The notes: a model not told the origin generated them from the letters alone. A stretch of DNA of 64,000 nucleotides from an uncultured virus (IMG/VR IMGVR_UViG_3300045743_000142) (IMGVR_UViG_3300045743_000142), one strand, 5' to 3'. Shown: positions 29,501-38,465, numbered from the stretch's first letter. Numbers and translations: made by a program.

Positions 29501-32500
29501 CGCTCATGGCGCTGGTCTGGCTACTTTCGAGCAGACGGCCCGCAACCTGAACCAAGCCACTTGGCAAGCCATGTTGAACTACTCGCCGGCAAGCGAGATG
29601 CAGGCTGCCCTGTCACGTGTAGTGGTGGGCCTGGCTGCCCAGATCAAGGAAGGCAACTTGCCTCCCACAGTCATGACGAACCTTGCCGCGGTCATCGAGA
29701 AGATTGCTGGCAAGGAAGAGATTGCCCCAGCTGATGTGCTCTCCACCATGATGGAAAGCATGAAGGCCTCTGCCTTCAAGGCAGACGACACCAAGCTCCA
29801 GGCACTGGCTCAGATGCAAGCCATCGACCAATATGCCTTGCAGGGTGGGAACTATGTGGTGACGGCGAAGGATCGCGCTGACGCCGAGGCACTGCGTGCC
29901 TCTCTGTCAAGCGCTCTTTCGGAGAAGGAAACGGCTGCAGTTGCTGTTATCGAAGCTGCGTTGCTGCCTATCTTGAAAGGTGAGAAGACTGAAAAGGTGG
30001 AGACACCCCTGGAGGAAGATCCGCCAAAGGTCAAAACTGCCCAGCAAGTGACCCCTCTCCAGCAGTTCCTGTCCGACAACCCGGACACCACAGCCGCTGA
30101 GCTGATCAAGCACTTGCGTGCTCAGATCCAAGGTACCGATCGCATGGCTCAGTTCCACCTGCAGCTACTGCGTCTGCTGAGCAAGACGGTACGTGACGAC
30201 CTTCCTGTCGAGCTGGCTGCGTTGAGTGGGCGCTACGGTGCCTACACCTTCGATCCCAAGACCGGTGACGAGAAGATCCAGCTGTCCGGCCTCAAGCTGC
30301 TGGAAGCCTCACTGCACGAGCTGACTCATGCAGCGCTGGCTCGCCTCGTGGCCAGTGATCCGAAGAATCCGCTGGTGGTCGAGCTGGATCAACTCCGAGA
30401 GAAGGCCGCGGCATACGCCAAGCAGCAGGGCATCGTTGCCTTCGAAGCAGCTCTGGTTGATGTGCAGGAGTTCATTTCCTGGGGCATGACCAACCAGGAG
30501 TTTCAGCGCGGGGTATTGAGCAAGATTTCTATGGAGTCAAAGACCAAGGGGAACTTCTTCGTCAACGGTATGAAGGCGTTTATCGACAAGGTGGTCGGCA
30601 TCCTGTTTGCGGGGTCGACGAAGACCGAACTCGAGCAAGCCAACAACGGCATGACCGTGCTGATCAACAACGTGTCAGGCCTCTTCAACGAAGTCGGTAC
30701 GAACGGCAAGGCTGTTGCAACAGCCATCGACCTCTCCATGGCCAACCCGATCGGTGTACTGAACACCTACAGCACGTTGGACATCCACGCTGCTTTGAAC
30801 GCTGGGGCTGTGACGCCAGCATTCGATGCCAAGCTGCGTGACATCTTGGGTGGCATTGTTGAGACGTTGCACGGTCCTTTCGGTGCCTTCAAAGCGGCTT
30901 TGATGCAGAACCAGGCCCTGACCCCTGTGGATGTGTGGCACAAGGCCTTGGTAACCGGTGTAGCACCCTTCGCAGCATCTGTGCAGGCGTCCCCCTTCAC
31001 CGTGAGTGAGCAAGAAGCTCATGCCATGGAGCAGGTGGAAGCTACGGTACGTGCTGCCCTGGAAAGCGACACTGCTACAGCAACCAGTGCTTACCGCGGT
31101 CTGGATCGTCTGTTCAAGGAAATGACGGCCACGGTCAAGCCAAGCGACTTTTCCACCCAAGCCGAATACGACTACCTGTTCCAAGTGACACCGGGTGCTA
31201 ACGGTAGGTCGGAGCACTTGGCTCGATTTGCAGCCTTTGGCTTGGCAAACCAGGAAGTCAACAAGCTGATGCAGGTGAGCACTGCAGCCAAGGCTGGTCA
31301 GGTCAACAAGACTCTCTCAGAGCGCTTGACAGACCTGTTCAATCAGATCCTTGAGTTCTTCCACGACAAGATCACTGGCACCTACGCCGGCCAGAAGGCA
31401 GACATCAAGCTGAACCGCCTGGTTCAGCAACTGGTGGACATCGAAGCCAAGCGCCGCATGGATATCGCCAGGCGAGCTGGTGGTTCGAACGCCTTGAGTA
31501 CATCAGGGAATGGCTTCACTGACTTCGTTGTGGGTGGCTACGACAAGATCACCAGTCTGGTGGATGTGAATGGTTTGGTTGAGTCGGGCATGCACAAGGT
31601 TGCTGATCTGGTGGACTCTGGAGTCGTGCAGAAGAGCCGATTCGAATCTGTGAAGTTTGCTGGCAAGGCTACTCGGGCAATCCTGGAACACCGGATGGTC
31701 GAGTTCCTGTCTGGTTTTCAGGATTACCGTGACCAACAGTTCAAGGGTCGTCTGGGCATCGTGGCCGGTACGTTGAACTACGCCTTGAGTGGGTCGCAGC
31801 GGCTTGAGTCTCTCTTGCGTGCTCGCAAAAAGCTGGAGGGCGATCGCAAAGACATCATCACGCAGCGAAGCAAGATGGCTCTCCAAGCCTTTGCCAACAA
31901 CGGGGTAGGGATGGGCAAGCGGGCCAGCGAGAGCATCACCCAGGTCTTCATGCGTACAGGCATGCACGTGCTGACAGGTCAGTTCAATATGACTCAGTTG
32001 GAGAACCTGTTGGGCAACAAGACTGCCTTGGCTACCGAGACTGCGGCACTGGAAGCTCAGCTTGCTGGTTTTGGGAAGTACGGTGAGCACTTCATCAATC
32101 AGGCCAATGCGCTGGCTTACTTCAAGATGACTGGTCGGAATCGGGTCGAGATGTTGATGATGAACGCCCACAACATCGCTCGGCTGTACGGGACGACTCA
32201 GGTGGGCAAAATCACTGAAGCCCAGTCCAAGCAAGCTGAAGCTGTGGTTGAGAAGTTGGTGGCTCTCTACGCTATGGGCTATGCCGACAGCCGTGAAGTG
32301 AGTCAGGCCAAGCAAGTCTTGCAAGCTGAGAACGCTCGCACGGATGGCAAGGGCAACGGAGTGGAGTTCGTGCTAGCCATGCACAAGCGTCTCGAACAAG
32401 AGTCGCAGGCTCGAGTGTTCCAGGGCCAAGAGGCTCTGATGACTCACGGCTACACCTCGGAAATCTACAGCCCTCACGTCGACATCCTGACGGCTACTGA

Positions 32501-34340
32501 AGCAGACGGGGCAGCGCTGGTTCGCCGGGGCTACATCAAAGGCGCTGAGGTCGAGAACGACCCAGCCAATCCTGACCAGTCTAGGAAGTTTCTCTACGTG
32601 CAGACCGGTGGTGGCTTGATGCCTTATGCAACGGGCATCGTGTCGAATACGGGCAAGAACACCAAGGGCACCAAGGTACACAGCGGCTACATGAACGTGA
32701 ACACCGCTGATGGGCTGGCCAACGCTTCACTGCAGGCAGACATCATGCACGCCCGTAGTGGTGCATTGAACACTGGCCCTCGTCGGGACTTCACCAAGGG
32801 TGGTCGGAACTACATGGCTCCGGTGGTCAATCCCCAGGGTGAGATCGTCAACTGGCGCTACATGATGCAGGACAGCACCAAGAACAGCATCTTGAAGCGG
32901 GACAACCGTTTCAACGTAGTGCTGGGAACCATTGCTGGCTCAATCTTCGACAAAGCAACCGTGACTGAGATCAACACCAAGGTGTTCGAAGCATTGAAGG
33001 AAGAGTACGACGCACAAGGAGCTACCAAGCCTGAGTCGTTCACTCTCATCGGACCCAACAGCAAGGATCCAGAAGACAAGGCAACTTGGCGTTTGCTGCC
33101 CGAAGAGTCCAAGGCCGAAGCCAGACGCATCTGGGGTCGGGATGGCATCTACGTGACCAACGCTGCCCGGGACATCGTGTTCGGGTACCGCAAGCTGTCG
33201 CTCGCCAATGCCGTCAGGAGCCACCAGGAACGCCGTGCAGAAGCCGCAGACCGTGCGGCAAGGGGTATGTCGCCACTCGTGTCTCAAGGCCTCGAGGAGG
33301 ACTTCGAAAACGTCATGGCCAAGCTGTTTACCCGGATGGTTGAACATGCCTTGGTTCTGAGCGCCGGCGTACAACGCAAAGCCAACCCGGAAGACTACGC
33401 TGAGCGGGCTGCTCTGATGGTGTCCCGTGGTGAGCGCATGTGGCAGGAGCTGGTGGCTGAGACCAAAGACGTGCTGGTCATCAAGACGATCACCGTGATG
33501 ATGGGCAACTTGAAGAGCAACGTGTCGCTGTTGACCTTGTCAGGTGTTCCGTTGAAGGACATCCTGCGGGATCACTTGGTGGCCTGGCGTGGAGCCATGA
33601 GCTACCAACGGGACAGCGATGAACTGGCTCGGTTGCAGACTCTCCTGGACATCGGTCAGACCAACGGCAAAGACGCAGAGATCCGAAACGAGATGGCTAG
33701 ATTGACTGATGCTCTGGAGCGCAACCCAGTCAAGAAGCTGATCGAAGAAGGTCTGATGCCCACGATCGTGGAAGACACGTCAGCGGATGAAGACATCTAC
33801 TCGTACAAGAGTGCTTTGACTCAGAAGGTAGACAGTCTCACGGACAAGCTGCACCCAGGAGTGAAGAGTGTCGCCAAGCAGTTGTACTTGGCCAAAGACA
33901 CCAAGGCTTACCAGACTCTACGGCATATCACGCAGTTGTCTGACTTCATGGCTCGGTACACGCAGTATCAGTACTTGACCAACCGCAAAGAGAACCCACT
34001 GAACCACGCAGACGCCATACAGCAGTCAAGTGATGACTTCATCAACTACGACATTCCGATGCACCGTGGGATGCAGTACCTGGACGACATGGGAATCATG
34101 CCGTTCATGAAGTACTTCTTGCGGATTCAGAAAGTGTTGGAGAGAGCAGTCAAGGAAAAGCCAGCACGGGTGCTGTCAATCCTCTTGCTTGAACAGTTCA
34201 CGGGCTTGGGGTCCACCGTTCTAGATAGTGGGTGGGAGCACAAGATCGGGAACAACCCGCTGCACTGGGGAGCTTTGCAGTACCCTGGCGCTCTGACAGA
34301 GCTGGCCACCTTCAAGGCAGCCGTGGCTCTGGTGAAGTAG
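23583..34340 (+). CDS. virion-encapsidated RNA polymerase (N4 gp50-like)
   Basis: 3585 aa; VNPQTSKIHR, EVDGVTNG (A), RNIIKTPLTAMVFG (B), IHDA (C); nearly Cys-free. Confidence 0.95.
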   Translation: MPEFDATEYFNQRAQALHVADLANPLNDRLAELAKVSEAKQKYLAGRVAVVKARDLANQSSLVNQLGLEPDSITGRAVNLGASVYSGASRVAGDITGFLAGDLEAIAIDANLSNEQIAAIGRVKQGKASPEDTALVSARKQPGSYSPLEMFDKAAEARTRSANIDGAFDRHDLVHSGLRDGLSDQLGENFQGAWDQTKAGASDIWDGKVSGAKDLATGVAKLIYNAGEAAVDNPGAAAEYIAENAPQLAIGALGKVGHAALLVSNAGYASENYQQGIAKFQKENGGAYPPPEQRQKMAVIAASLALAEHASDLGQLKAATGAAKAVETGGKIGLIQSVKNTAKAAVEGGLEETATEGYQTWGEGYVTGKPASALDIYQGAVIGGIAGAGLSGGARAAGEVLKATPEHAAERLAEQTRNQAQAAAIASGDVSTLVDSGKPLYSPARAVAALAGNSALPDVTPEAKQANLEKAGEIVAELQKQRDEVQNAYDVVSPEGQKQNQDLLASLKTKLAAETDPVKVKDLQKSVALATEQVDSAPTPEPKLIAARKAQLEELDGHLKDATENLARFSEGLAASTPVADVDAHVATLSTPVDKADLVAVAARTDAADKLINLSMRVPERLDTKVADTLANNLDNGLTEPQRNYLREFSAARVAETALKDMSKVSQEIYDGGNGNVGIAEHRQRVTAALAAGNQQLADRQMSVLQNFEQDHRTKAEAVTEAQSQQQKTGKNVQVVRNQATKSWEINTGKPLDRAQAKSNGAVTVHLNTPDSLVKSFQVEAKAITAALAEMQAAYAIKFPANQGASNVSVVPQAQSPAATLPTDAQQAPQVVGSSQPVVEAGVASVAVPGAGAKPTVVEAAGVAALPAGRPGVVAGVQQISIPAVVKAMTDAELNTALEAEMSKPSYQKNRRFKVLDAEMTLRETSAAQSEGTSVDSQAAPAAGVTEKQQVTDATKVSNQSTESSQAPSQRDSSAQAEQTNSKEADRATEKDSPESAEQTSTRVEEDTDSTSPVAESGTLSVLQNKSPEGTSYTHRNVIAAHFTQTSKREGDATQRPLASVKNFLSESWDNLKEFLQSQELSDAQSNALSVFKYAASKWTETIQKNLFRNKDPAYWAVDDLMQFFITETEQGKLNLEENLKTAISYSAFSWVAEAATRPNANTDEEINLILGREEDHPVEEHERHALRNVGTRQNVIVNSLGQRAVQALGLKASKDAPANLMPKLESAVGAHVFKLLMDQGILERNTVSAEVMESLRNGMDSQELERIQLREEGDLLGPETKNNVKYQFLKLVRDSEGKLSPKATAIYKANKGTQGVLDKLFSVESAMKEPSLKPVPFNQATTRNTSQAVPSKLAEIVKKENAGASYVRQDMYHLVSNLDENIALQIAGGITVDPTEAHLANRASNEAKNNGLLRELQNIKDFIGGLVSQDADLAMPLYFEHSVWKQQRVGIATNVVNPQTSKIHRHMLFRQSWETKVSPNDAAQMENFRLRVAEGLGVKTDKQSNMVSLEAFTKKVADSKIQAAVAVLQKSLADQELSQADQETLLAGVQAGGENMHSLDALMGLAHQAKAKGGEFTVQMMGEVDGVTNGPMLSHLLMGAANSVKELFGLLNRGGFFEVGNEYNQYNLWRGAPGHFDLYETTAGHMVQAVQGLIAKGIAKSKYERRMAGPVVGQVTNAIYSFTGTLADKDGKVEKAGRNIIKTPLTAMVFGSSVYASVESMANKFVESIYAGIEDTAKGKPGAQTNKQLIENINLLLSQSGGPALRTSMTVAQLMEHEFAGEQLDALKRSFKCTVGAAVEFTMKTDFAPYIEQRRQFNLAAQTAFGIYDAVYTALREQLVAELVKSGEIAVNETTGKPLHDLNAAQEGELRKRMGSMAPVMDTLMSKESKQPKAGLYISKSGRKLSTNSTFEGEVQFGTHFKDNGAKSTVTRAYQTVETAPGVAMAPMAVHSTDSAISHYAALQGEVLNIHDAHGAGLATFEQTARNLNQATWQAMLNYSPASEMQAALSRVVVGLAAQIKEGNLPPTVMTNLAAVIEKIAGKEEIAPADVLSTMMESMKASAFKADDTKLQALAQMQAIDQYALQGGNYVVTAKDRADAEALRASLSSALSEKETAAVAVIEAALLPILKGEKTEKVETPLEEDPPKVKTAQQVTPLQQFLSDNPDTTAAELIKHLRAQIQGTDRMAQFHLQLLRLLSKTVRDDLPVELAALSGRYGAYTFDPKTGDEKIQLSGLKLLEASLHELTHAALARLVASDPKNPLVVELDQLREKAAAYAKQQGIVAFEAALVDVQEFISWGMTNQEFQRGVLSKISMESKTKGNFFVNGMKAFIDKVVGILFAGSTKTELEQANNGMTVLINNVSGLFNEVGTNGKAVATAIDLSMANPIGVLNTYSTLDIHAALNAGAVTPAFDAKLRDILGGIVETLHGPFGAFKAALMQNQALTPVDVWHKALVTGVAPFAASVQASPFTVSEQEAHAMEQVEATVRAALESDTATATSAYRGLDRLFKEMTATVKPSDFSTQAEYDYLFQVTPGANGRSEHLARFAAFGLANQEVNKLMQVSTAAKAGQVNKTLSERLTDLFNQILEFFHDKITGTYAGQKADIKLNRLVQQLVDIEAKRRMDIARRAGGSNALSTSGNGFTDFVVGGYDKITSLVDVNGLVESGMHKVADLVDSGVVQKSRFESVKFAGKATRAILEHRMVEFLSGFQDYRDQQFKGRLGIVAGTLNYALSGSQRLESLLRARKKLEGDRKDIITQRSKMALQAFANNGVGMGKRASESITQVFMRTGMHVLTGQFNMTQLENLLGNKTALATETAALEAQLAGFGKYGEHFINQANALAYFKMTGRNRVEMLMMNAHNIARLYGTTQVGKITEAQSKQAEAVVEKLVALYAMGYADSREVSQAKQVLQAENARTDGKGNGVEFVLAMHKRLEQESQARVFQGQEALMTHGYTSEIYSPHVDILTATEADGAALVRRGYIKGAEVENDPANPDQSRKFLYVQTGGGLMPYATGIVSNTGKNTKGTKVHSGYMNVNTADGLANASLQADIMHARSGALNTGPRRDFTKGGRNYMAPVVNPQGEIVNWRYMMQDSTKNSILKRDNRFNVVLGTIAGSIFDKATVTEINTKVFEALKEEYDAQGATKPESFTLIGPNSKDPEDKATWRLLPEESKAEARRIWGRDGIYVTNAARDIVFGYRKLSLANAVRSHQERRAEAADRAARGMSPLVSQGLEEDFENVMAKLFTRMVEHALVLSAGVQRKANPEDYAERAALMVSRGERMWQELVAETKDVLVIKTITVMMGNLKSNVSLLTLSGVPLKDILRDHLVAWRGAMSYQRDSDELARLQTLLDIGQTNGKDAEIRNEMARLTDALERNPVKKLIEEGLMPTIVEDTSADEDIYSYKSALTQKVDSLTDKLHPGVKSVAKQLYLAKDTKAYQTLRHITQLSDFMARYTQYQYLTNRKENPLNHADAIQQSSDDFINYDIPMHRGMQYLDDMGIMPFMKYFLRIQKVLERAVKEKPARVLSILLLEQFTGLGSTVLDSGWEHKIGNNPLHWGALQYPGALTELATFKAAVALVK

Positions 34341-34345
34341 CGAGG

Positions 34346-34624
34346 TCAGAAGCAGTAAGCCTGACCTGAACTGAGCATAGTGCACTGCTTCGTGACCAGA
34401 CCATTGGGGGTGTTCACCGTGATGGTCTGGTACTGACCATTTGGTCTGATCGCAGGACCCTGGAAGTTTGGCTGGATCGTCTGCGGAGTCGTAGGTAGAG
34501 GGAACTGGTTGTAAGTCCGGTTGGGATCGTAGGTGATGCCTGAGTTGGCCATTCCGTCTAGAAAGGCAGCGCAGCCGGTCAGCAAGGTCATTCCTGCAAG
34601 GAGAGGGACAAAAAGAAGTCTCAT
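34346..34624 (-). CDS. putative lipoprotein
   Basis: MRLLFVPLLAGMTLLTG/C lipobox; GGAGG RBS. Confidence 0.75.
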   Translation of the reverse strand: MRLLFVPLLAGMTLLTGCAAFLDGMANSGITYDPNRTYNQFPLPTTPQTIQPNFQGPAIRPNGQYQTITVNTPNGLVTKQCTMLSSGQAYCF

Positions 34625-34768
34625 GAAATCCTCCGTGGTTGGGGTTGCAAGGCTATTCCAACATTGAAGCACCCTACATAGCCTGTACGGCTCATTCACT
34701 GGCTTGGATGCTTCAATGTTGGTCCCCCGTCTTTCCGGGGTGTCATGTTGTTCTGGTTTCACCAGGAG

Positions 34769-34921
34769 TCACAAGCTCCTGATGAATGATGCGATCAGCA
34801 TCACAAGACCGACTGCGAAGACCAGTGCCGCACCAAAGGCCACGAGTGCAGCAAAGCCCGCGGCCAGGGAGAGCACTGCGATGGTGGCTAGGACATAGCC
34901 AATCCACTTCAGTGCCTTCAC
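34769..34921 (-). CDS. small membrane protein, 50 aa
   Basis: GTG-start MKALKWIGYVLATIAVLSLAAGFAALVAFGAALVFAVGLVMLIASFIRSL*. Confidence 0.55.
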   Translation of the reverse strand: MKALKWIGYVLATIAVLSLAAGFAALVAFGAALVFAVGLVMLIASFIRSL

Positions 34922-34929
34922 AGGCGGGT

Positions 34930-35271
34930 TCAGCTGCCGAACAGGCTCTTGGCCGGGCCTTCAGACACTGCAGCGATGGCCACCGTCTCGGCTTGAGCTT
35001 TGTCGGTTTCCGGAGTTGCGATGGCCGCCACAGCGACGTGTACCGTCGCTGTTGACGCAGGCACCAGGTTCAAGACAGGCTTGGGCAGTTCACCGGTGAG
35101 GTCGGGCAGGGTCACGTCATCTTCGATGATGATGTCGGCGGTCAGGCCAGAGTCCTTGCGGCCAGCGGTGAAGCTGATTGCAACGGTCTTACCAGACAGG
35201 TGGAAACCCTTCTTGGTGATGTACTGCTTCAACGCTTCGACGATCTCGACTTGCTTCAGTTGGATTTGCAT
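34930..35271 (-). CDS. hypothetical protein typical of N4-like phages
   Basis: MQIQLKQVEIVEALKQYI..ISFTAGRK, ends SLFGS. Confidence 0.75.
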   Translation of the reverse strand: MQIQLKQVEIVEALKQYITKKGFHLSGKTVAISFTAGRKDSGLTADIIIEDDVTLPDLTGELPKPVLNLVPASTATVHVAVAAIATPETDKAQAETVAIAAVSEGPAKSLFGS

Positions 35272-35287
35272 GGTTCAGGTTCTCGTT

Positions 35288-35872
35288 TCAAGATTTCACT
35301 GCCATCATGGCCAGTAGTTGTTGGAAGGCGTTGGAGTTCACGCCTGCATAGATCGAAGCGACGGCGTCAGCCATGTGCTCGGCCTGAGCTTCGCTGACGA
35401 CTGTTTGGCCGTTCTTCTTGTAGGTTGGCCAGTTGGCTTCAGGGTGCTTAGCCATGGCCCAGGAAATCATCTGGCTTTTGGTGGCTGTCTTGTTGCCTAC
35501 GCTTGCCATCTTGACTTCTGAGGGCGTCACTTCGAAGAACGGAGAGCCATCCGCTCTCAGAGCCCCCAGGACGCCCACACAGACCCCGTAGGAAGCCATT
35601 GCTCGAGCAGACTGGCTGCCGACAGGTACTTCCACAAAGACTGCATGAGCGCCCTCACTGGCTGCCGCGGCACCCTTGTAGAGCTGGAGCGCCGTCTCCA
35701 GGTCGAGGCTGTTCTGTCGTACTTGCTTCCCAATAGGAAGCACGGCACAGGTCAGAGCCAGCTTGTCGATCTGGAGTTTTCGGGTTTCCATACAAAAAGT
35801 ACCGATAGCCAGCCCCCAGTTACGGAGGCTGGGATCATGTCCGACGACCTTGAGAGTCTTAGCCCGCTGCAT
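35288..35872 (-). CDS. RuvC-like Holliday junction resolvase
   Basis: VVGHDPSLRNWG, FVEVPVGSQSARA, EHMADA acidic catalytic motifs. Confidence 0.8.
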   Translation of the reverse strand: MQRAKTLKVVGHDPSLRNWGLAIGTFCMETRKLQIDKLALTCAVLPIGKQVRQNSLDLETALQLYKGAAAASEGAHAVFVEVPVGSQSARAMASYGVCVGVLGALRADGSPFFEVTPSEVKMASVGNKTATKSQMISWAMAKHPEANWPTYKKNGQTVVSEAQAEHMADAVASIYAGVNSNAFQQLLAMMAVKS

Positions 35873-36161
35873 CTGCAGGAGGCGTCGGATGATCTTCCGT
35901 TTCGGCCACGAAAGGCAGTTCACCCAACTGCATCATGGTCATCTCGATACCCAGCTTGAAGGCGTCGAGCATGCTGCCAGCGAGCACCAGTGAAGGTGCG
36001 TCACCGACTTGGAACTCGCTGCCTTCGGGTACTTCCAGCAACTGCTGGACGACAGCGCAGCGCTCACCGTGCCAGGCCGTCAAGATCTGGACAAACTGGT
36101 CCATGTTCTCGATAGGAAGCACGTCAGGCTGGGCTTCTTGAATTGCTTCAGGTGCGTTCAT
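35859..36161 (-). CDS. hypothetical protein
   Basis: 100 aa, overlap-coupled with neighbours. Confidence 0.7.
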   Translation of the reverse strand: MNAPEAIQEAQPDVLPIENMDQFVQILTAWHGERCAVVQQLLEVPEGSEFQVGDAPSLVLAGSMLDAFKLGIEMTMMQLGELPFVAETEDHPTPPADAAG

Positions 36162-36613
36162 GCCGTCTCCGAGTAGCCGCGTTCGAACACGTCCTTCGGG
36201 CTCCAGCTGATGTAGCCGGCGAAGTCCGGATGGTTGGCTTCACCACCATCCAGGTACTCGACCAAGTAGCCCTCGGTTGCAGGGTCTTGGTCGACAGGAA
36301 TGTCCCAGCCTTGGAGAGCGTTGTAAGCCCCCACGGTCATGGACCTGGCCATCACTTCCTTGTGGCAGGTGTAGCGCTTGGCACCGTTGAAGGCTTGAAC
36401 ACGGATGTTCAGCACTCGCAGGTACATGGCCATGTGCTCGAGCTGCTGAGTCAGCAGCTCTTGCTCTTCGCCGTTGATGGCTTGGAAGCCTTCAGAGAGA
36501 ATGAAGTCTTCCAGCTTGTTGACCTTGTCGGCCAACTGGATGCGCTCCATGATCACTCGGGCCTGATAAGGCATGACTTCAGCAGGGAAGCCAATGAGGG
36601 CGAAGGTCTTCAT
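36158..36613 (-). CDS. conserved phage protein (crAss001_48-like N-terminus)
   Basis: YQARVIMERIQLADKVNKL, then GYLVEY..GYISWSPKDVFERGY. Confidence 0.7.
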   Translation of the reverse strand: MKTFALIGFPAEVMPYQARVIMERIQLADKVNKLEDFILSEGFQAINGEEQELLTQQLEHMAMYLRVLNIRVQAFNGAKRYTCHKEVMARSMTVGAYNALQGWDIPVDQDPATEGYLVEYLDGGEANHPDFAGYISWSPKDVFERGYSETA

Positions 36614-36783
36614 GCGGGCGTGTCTTCCGTGGGTGTGCTCAGCTTCTTGATATGGGCTTGCAGCTCAGAGATCTGAGACATGGCGATGGTCAGTGCCGCT
36701 TCGGTCTTGACCAGGGTGTTGAGGGCGTTGTTGCGCTGTCCTTCCAATGCAGCAAGTAGCGCATTGGTTTGAGCTTCGTTCAT
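36610..36783 (-). CDS. small coiled-coil protein, 57 aa
   Basis: MNEAQTNALLAALEGQRNNALNTL..., AAAGGA RBS, ATGA overlap with the next gene. Confidence 0.65.
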   Translation of the reverse strand: MNEAQTNALLAALEGQRNNALNTLVKTEAALTIAMSQISELQAHIKKLSTPTEDTPA

Positions 36784-36887
36784 GTAGTCCTTTCAGGGTT
36801 AGAGAAATGGGTGGGGAAGTAGCAGACCAAGACAAGTCGCCCGTGGAATGGGGTTGCTTGGTGACTTCGCTACCTCCCCTTTGAAAC

Positions 36888-37619
36888 TCAGGCAAACAGA
36901 CTGGCCTTGGGTTTGGCAGTCGTAGCAGCCTTGGGAGCACCAGCAACACCCGAGGAAGCAGAAGCAGCCTTGGACTTGTTGCGGACATTCCCTGCGTTCT
37001 TGGCTTCCCAGGTAGCAGCAAAGGCAGCAGCTTCAGCCTTGGCACGGATCTCAGCAGTCGTCATGCGATCACGCGCACGGAACAGCTTGTCGATCTCGTT
37101 CTCTTCCTTGGTTTCACCCGTAGCTTCGTAGACACCTGCGTCGTTCTTCTTGGTCTTGTCAACGACCTGCTTGATCAGACCAACCAGGATGTCCTTACCC
37201 AGCAACTCGACCAGCATCTCCACCTTGGTGGGAACTTCGGCCTTGGCTTCAGGGCTGTAGGCGTTGACCACCTTGGTTTCGGTATCCAGGTCGGAAATTT
37301 CCTTACCCACCGTCAACAGAGCCAGGCTGTTAGCCACCAGGAAGCCCGGCAGGTACTGCTTGGCACCGTCCTTGTCAGTGTAGTAGTTCGTACCTCCCTT
37401 GGCGGTACCGGACGTCATGTAGACGGTCTGGCGGATCTCTTTGCCGGTATCGGTCTTGAGGCTCAGCACCAGGCCCACAGCACCACTGGCAGCCTTGGTC
37501 AGGTAGGCCAGGGCGACCTTGCAGAGGTACAAGCCAGAGTCAATGGGACCGTTGCCACCGACACTGTCACGTTCGCCAGCGATAGAGTCATCGGATTTCA
37601 GATTCGAGAGAAGAGACAT
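36888..37619 (-). CDS. ssb: single-stranded DNA-binding protein (N4 gp45-like)
   Basis: TNYYTDKDGAKQYLPGF, NEIDKLF, C-terminal KPKASLFA; synteny. Confidence 0.85.
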   Translation of the reverse strand: MSLLSNLKSDDSIAGERDSVGGNGPIDSGLYLCKVALAYLTKAASGAVGLVLSLKTDTGKEIRQTVYMTSGTAKGGTNYYTDKDGAKQYLPGFLVANSLALLTVGKEISDLDTETKVVNAYSPEAKAEVPTKVEMLVELLGKDILVGLIKQVVDKTKKNDAGVYEATGETKEENEIDKLFRARDRMTTAEIRAKAEAAAFAATWEAKNAGNVRNKSKAASASSGVAGAPKAATTAKPKASLFA

Positions 37620-37665
37620 TTGTATTCCTTGGTTCAGTTGGAAAGGTTTGTGGAGCTACACCCGA

Positions 37666-38394
37666 TTAGGCGTAGTACTCCTGGAGACGGTCGAGGACCA
37701 ATTGCATGTTGTTGTCGATGAAGGTTTCCTTCGTCTCAAACAGGCCCATCGGACCCCGCAGACGTTCATTCACCGTATCTTTGGTGATTCGCGTTTGGAA
37801 CACATATTTGAAGCCGAGGGCTTCTTCTTCCGGTGTAATCGTCAGCAGAGCAGACTTGTAAGGCTCCAATGCTTTCAACTGCACCTTCTTGGATGCGATC
37901 ACCACTGAGAAGTAGCTCTCGACTCCGTTGCTCTTGGTCGCACCCTTCACCGGGATCTTGGTTTCCATGACCATCTCGGTGGAGTTGATCTGATCCGCGG
38001 TGTGGGCAGTGAAGATCACCTTCTTCGTGGAGCCAGCAACCTTCTGTTGCATCAGCTGCTTGAAGTACTGGGCAAAGTTACCCCAGGCTTTCTGACCATC
38101 TGCTGCGTTGAAGACATAGACCGTCTCATACATATCCAACAGATAGGTGAGGCTGTCTACCACGATGGTGTGGATATCTGGCATCGTCTCCGCGGCATCG
38201 AATGCCTCGAAAACTTGCAGGGGATCCGTGATGGTGAACTGCTTGAACTTGGCTTTGAAGGGAAGTTTCTTGCCAGCCTCGCAGTTGAGATACATCACAC
38301 CTTCCGGGTCTTTGAGTCCCATGAGGGACGCAGATTTACCGGTGGCTGATTTACCCCCTACGATGACCAGGTGGTCGTTATAGGTTTGGCTCAT
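37666..38394 (-). CDS. AAA_24/Sak4-like ATPase (N4 gp44-like)
   Basis: GGKSATGKS Walker A, IVVDSLT Walker B, IFTAH, ERLRGPMG. Confidence 0.85.
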   Translation of the reverse strand: MSQTYNDHLVIVGGKSATGKSASLMGLKDPEGVMYLNCEAGKKLPFKAKFKQFTITDPLQVFEAFDAAETMPDIHTIVVDSLTYLLDMYETVYVFNAADGQKAWGNFAQYFKQLMQQKVAGSTKKVIFTAHTADQINSTEMVMETKIPVKGATKSNGVESYFSVVIASKKVQLKALEPYKSALLTITPEEEALGFKYVFQTRITKDTVNERLRGPMGLFETKETFIDNNMQLVLDRLQEYYA

Positions 38395-38433
38395 GGTTTC
38401 CTTGTTGTGAAAAGACCCGAAGGTCTTGCAGTG

Positions 38434-38456
38434 TTCGAAGAAGTGCCGGTAGGCAC
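38434..38456 (-). promoter_or_regulatory. middle-region hairpin motif copy 1
   Basis: TTCGAAGAA-GTGCC-GGTA-GGCAC. Confidence 0.6.
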
Positions 38457-38465
38457 CTCTATCTA

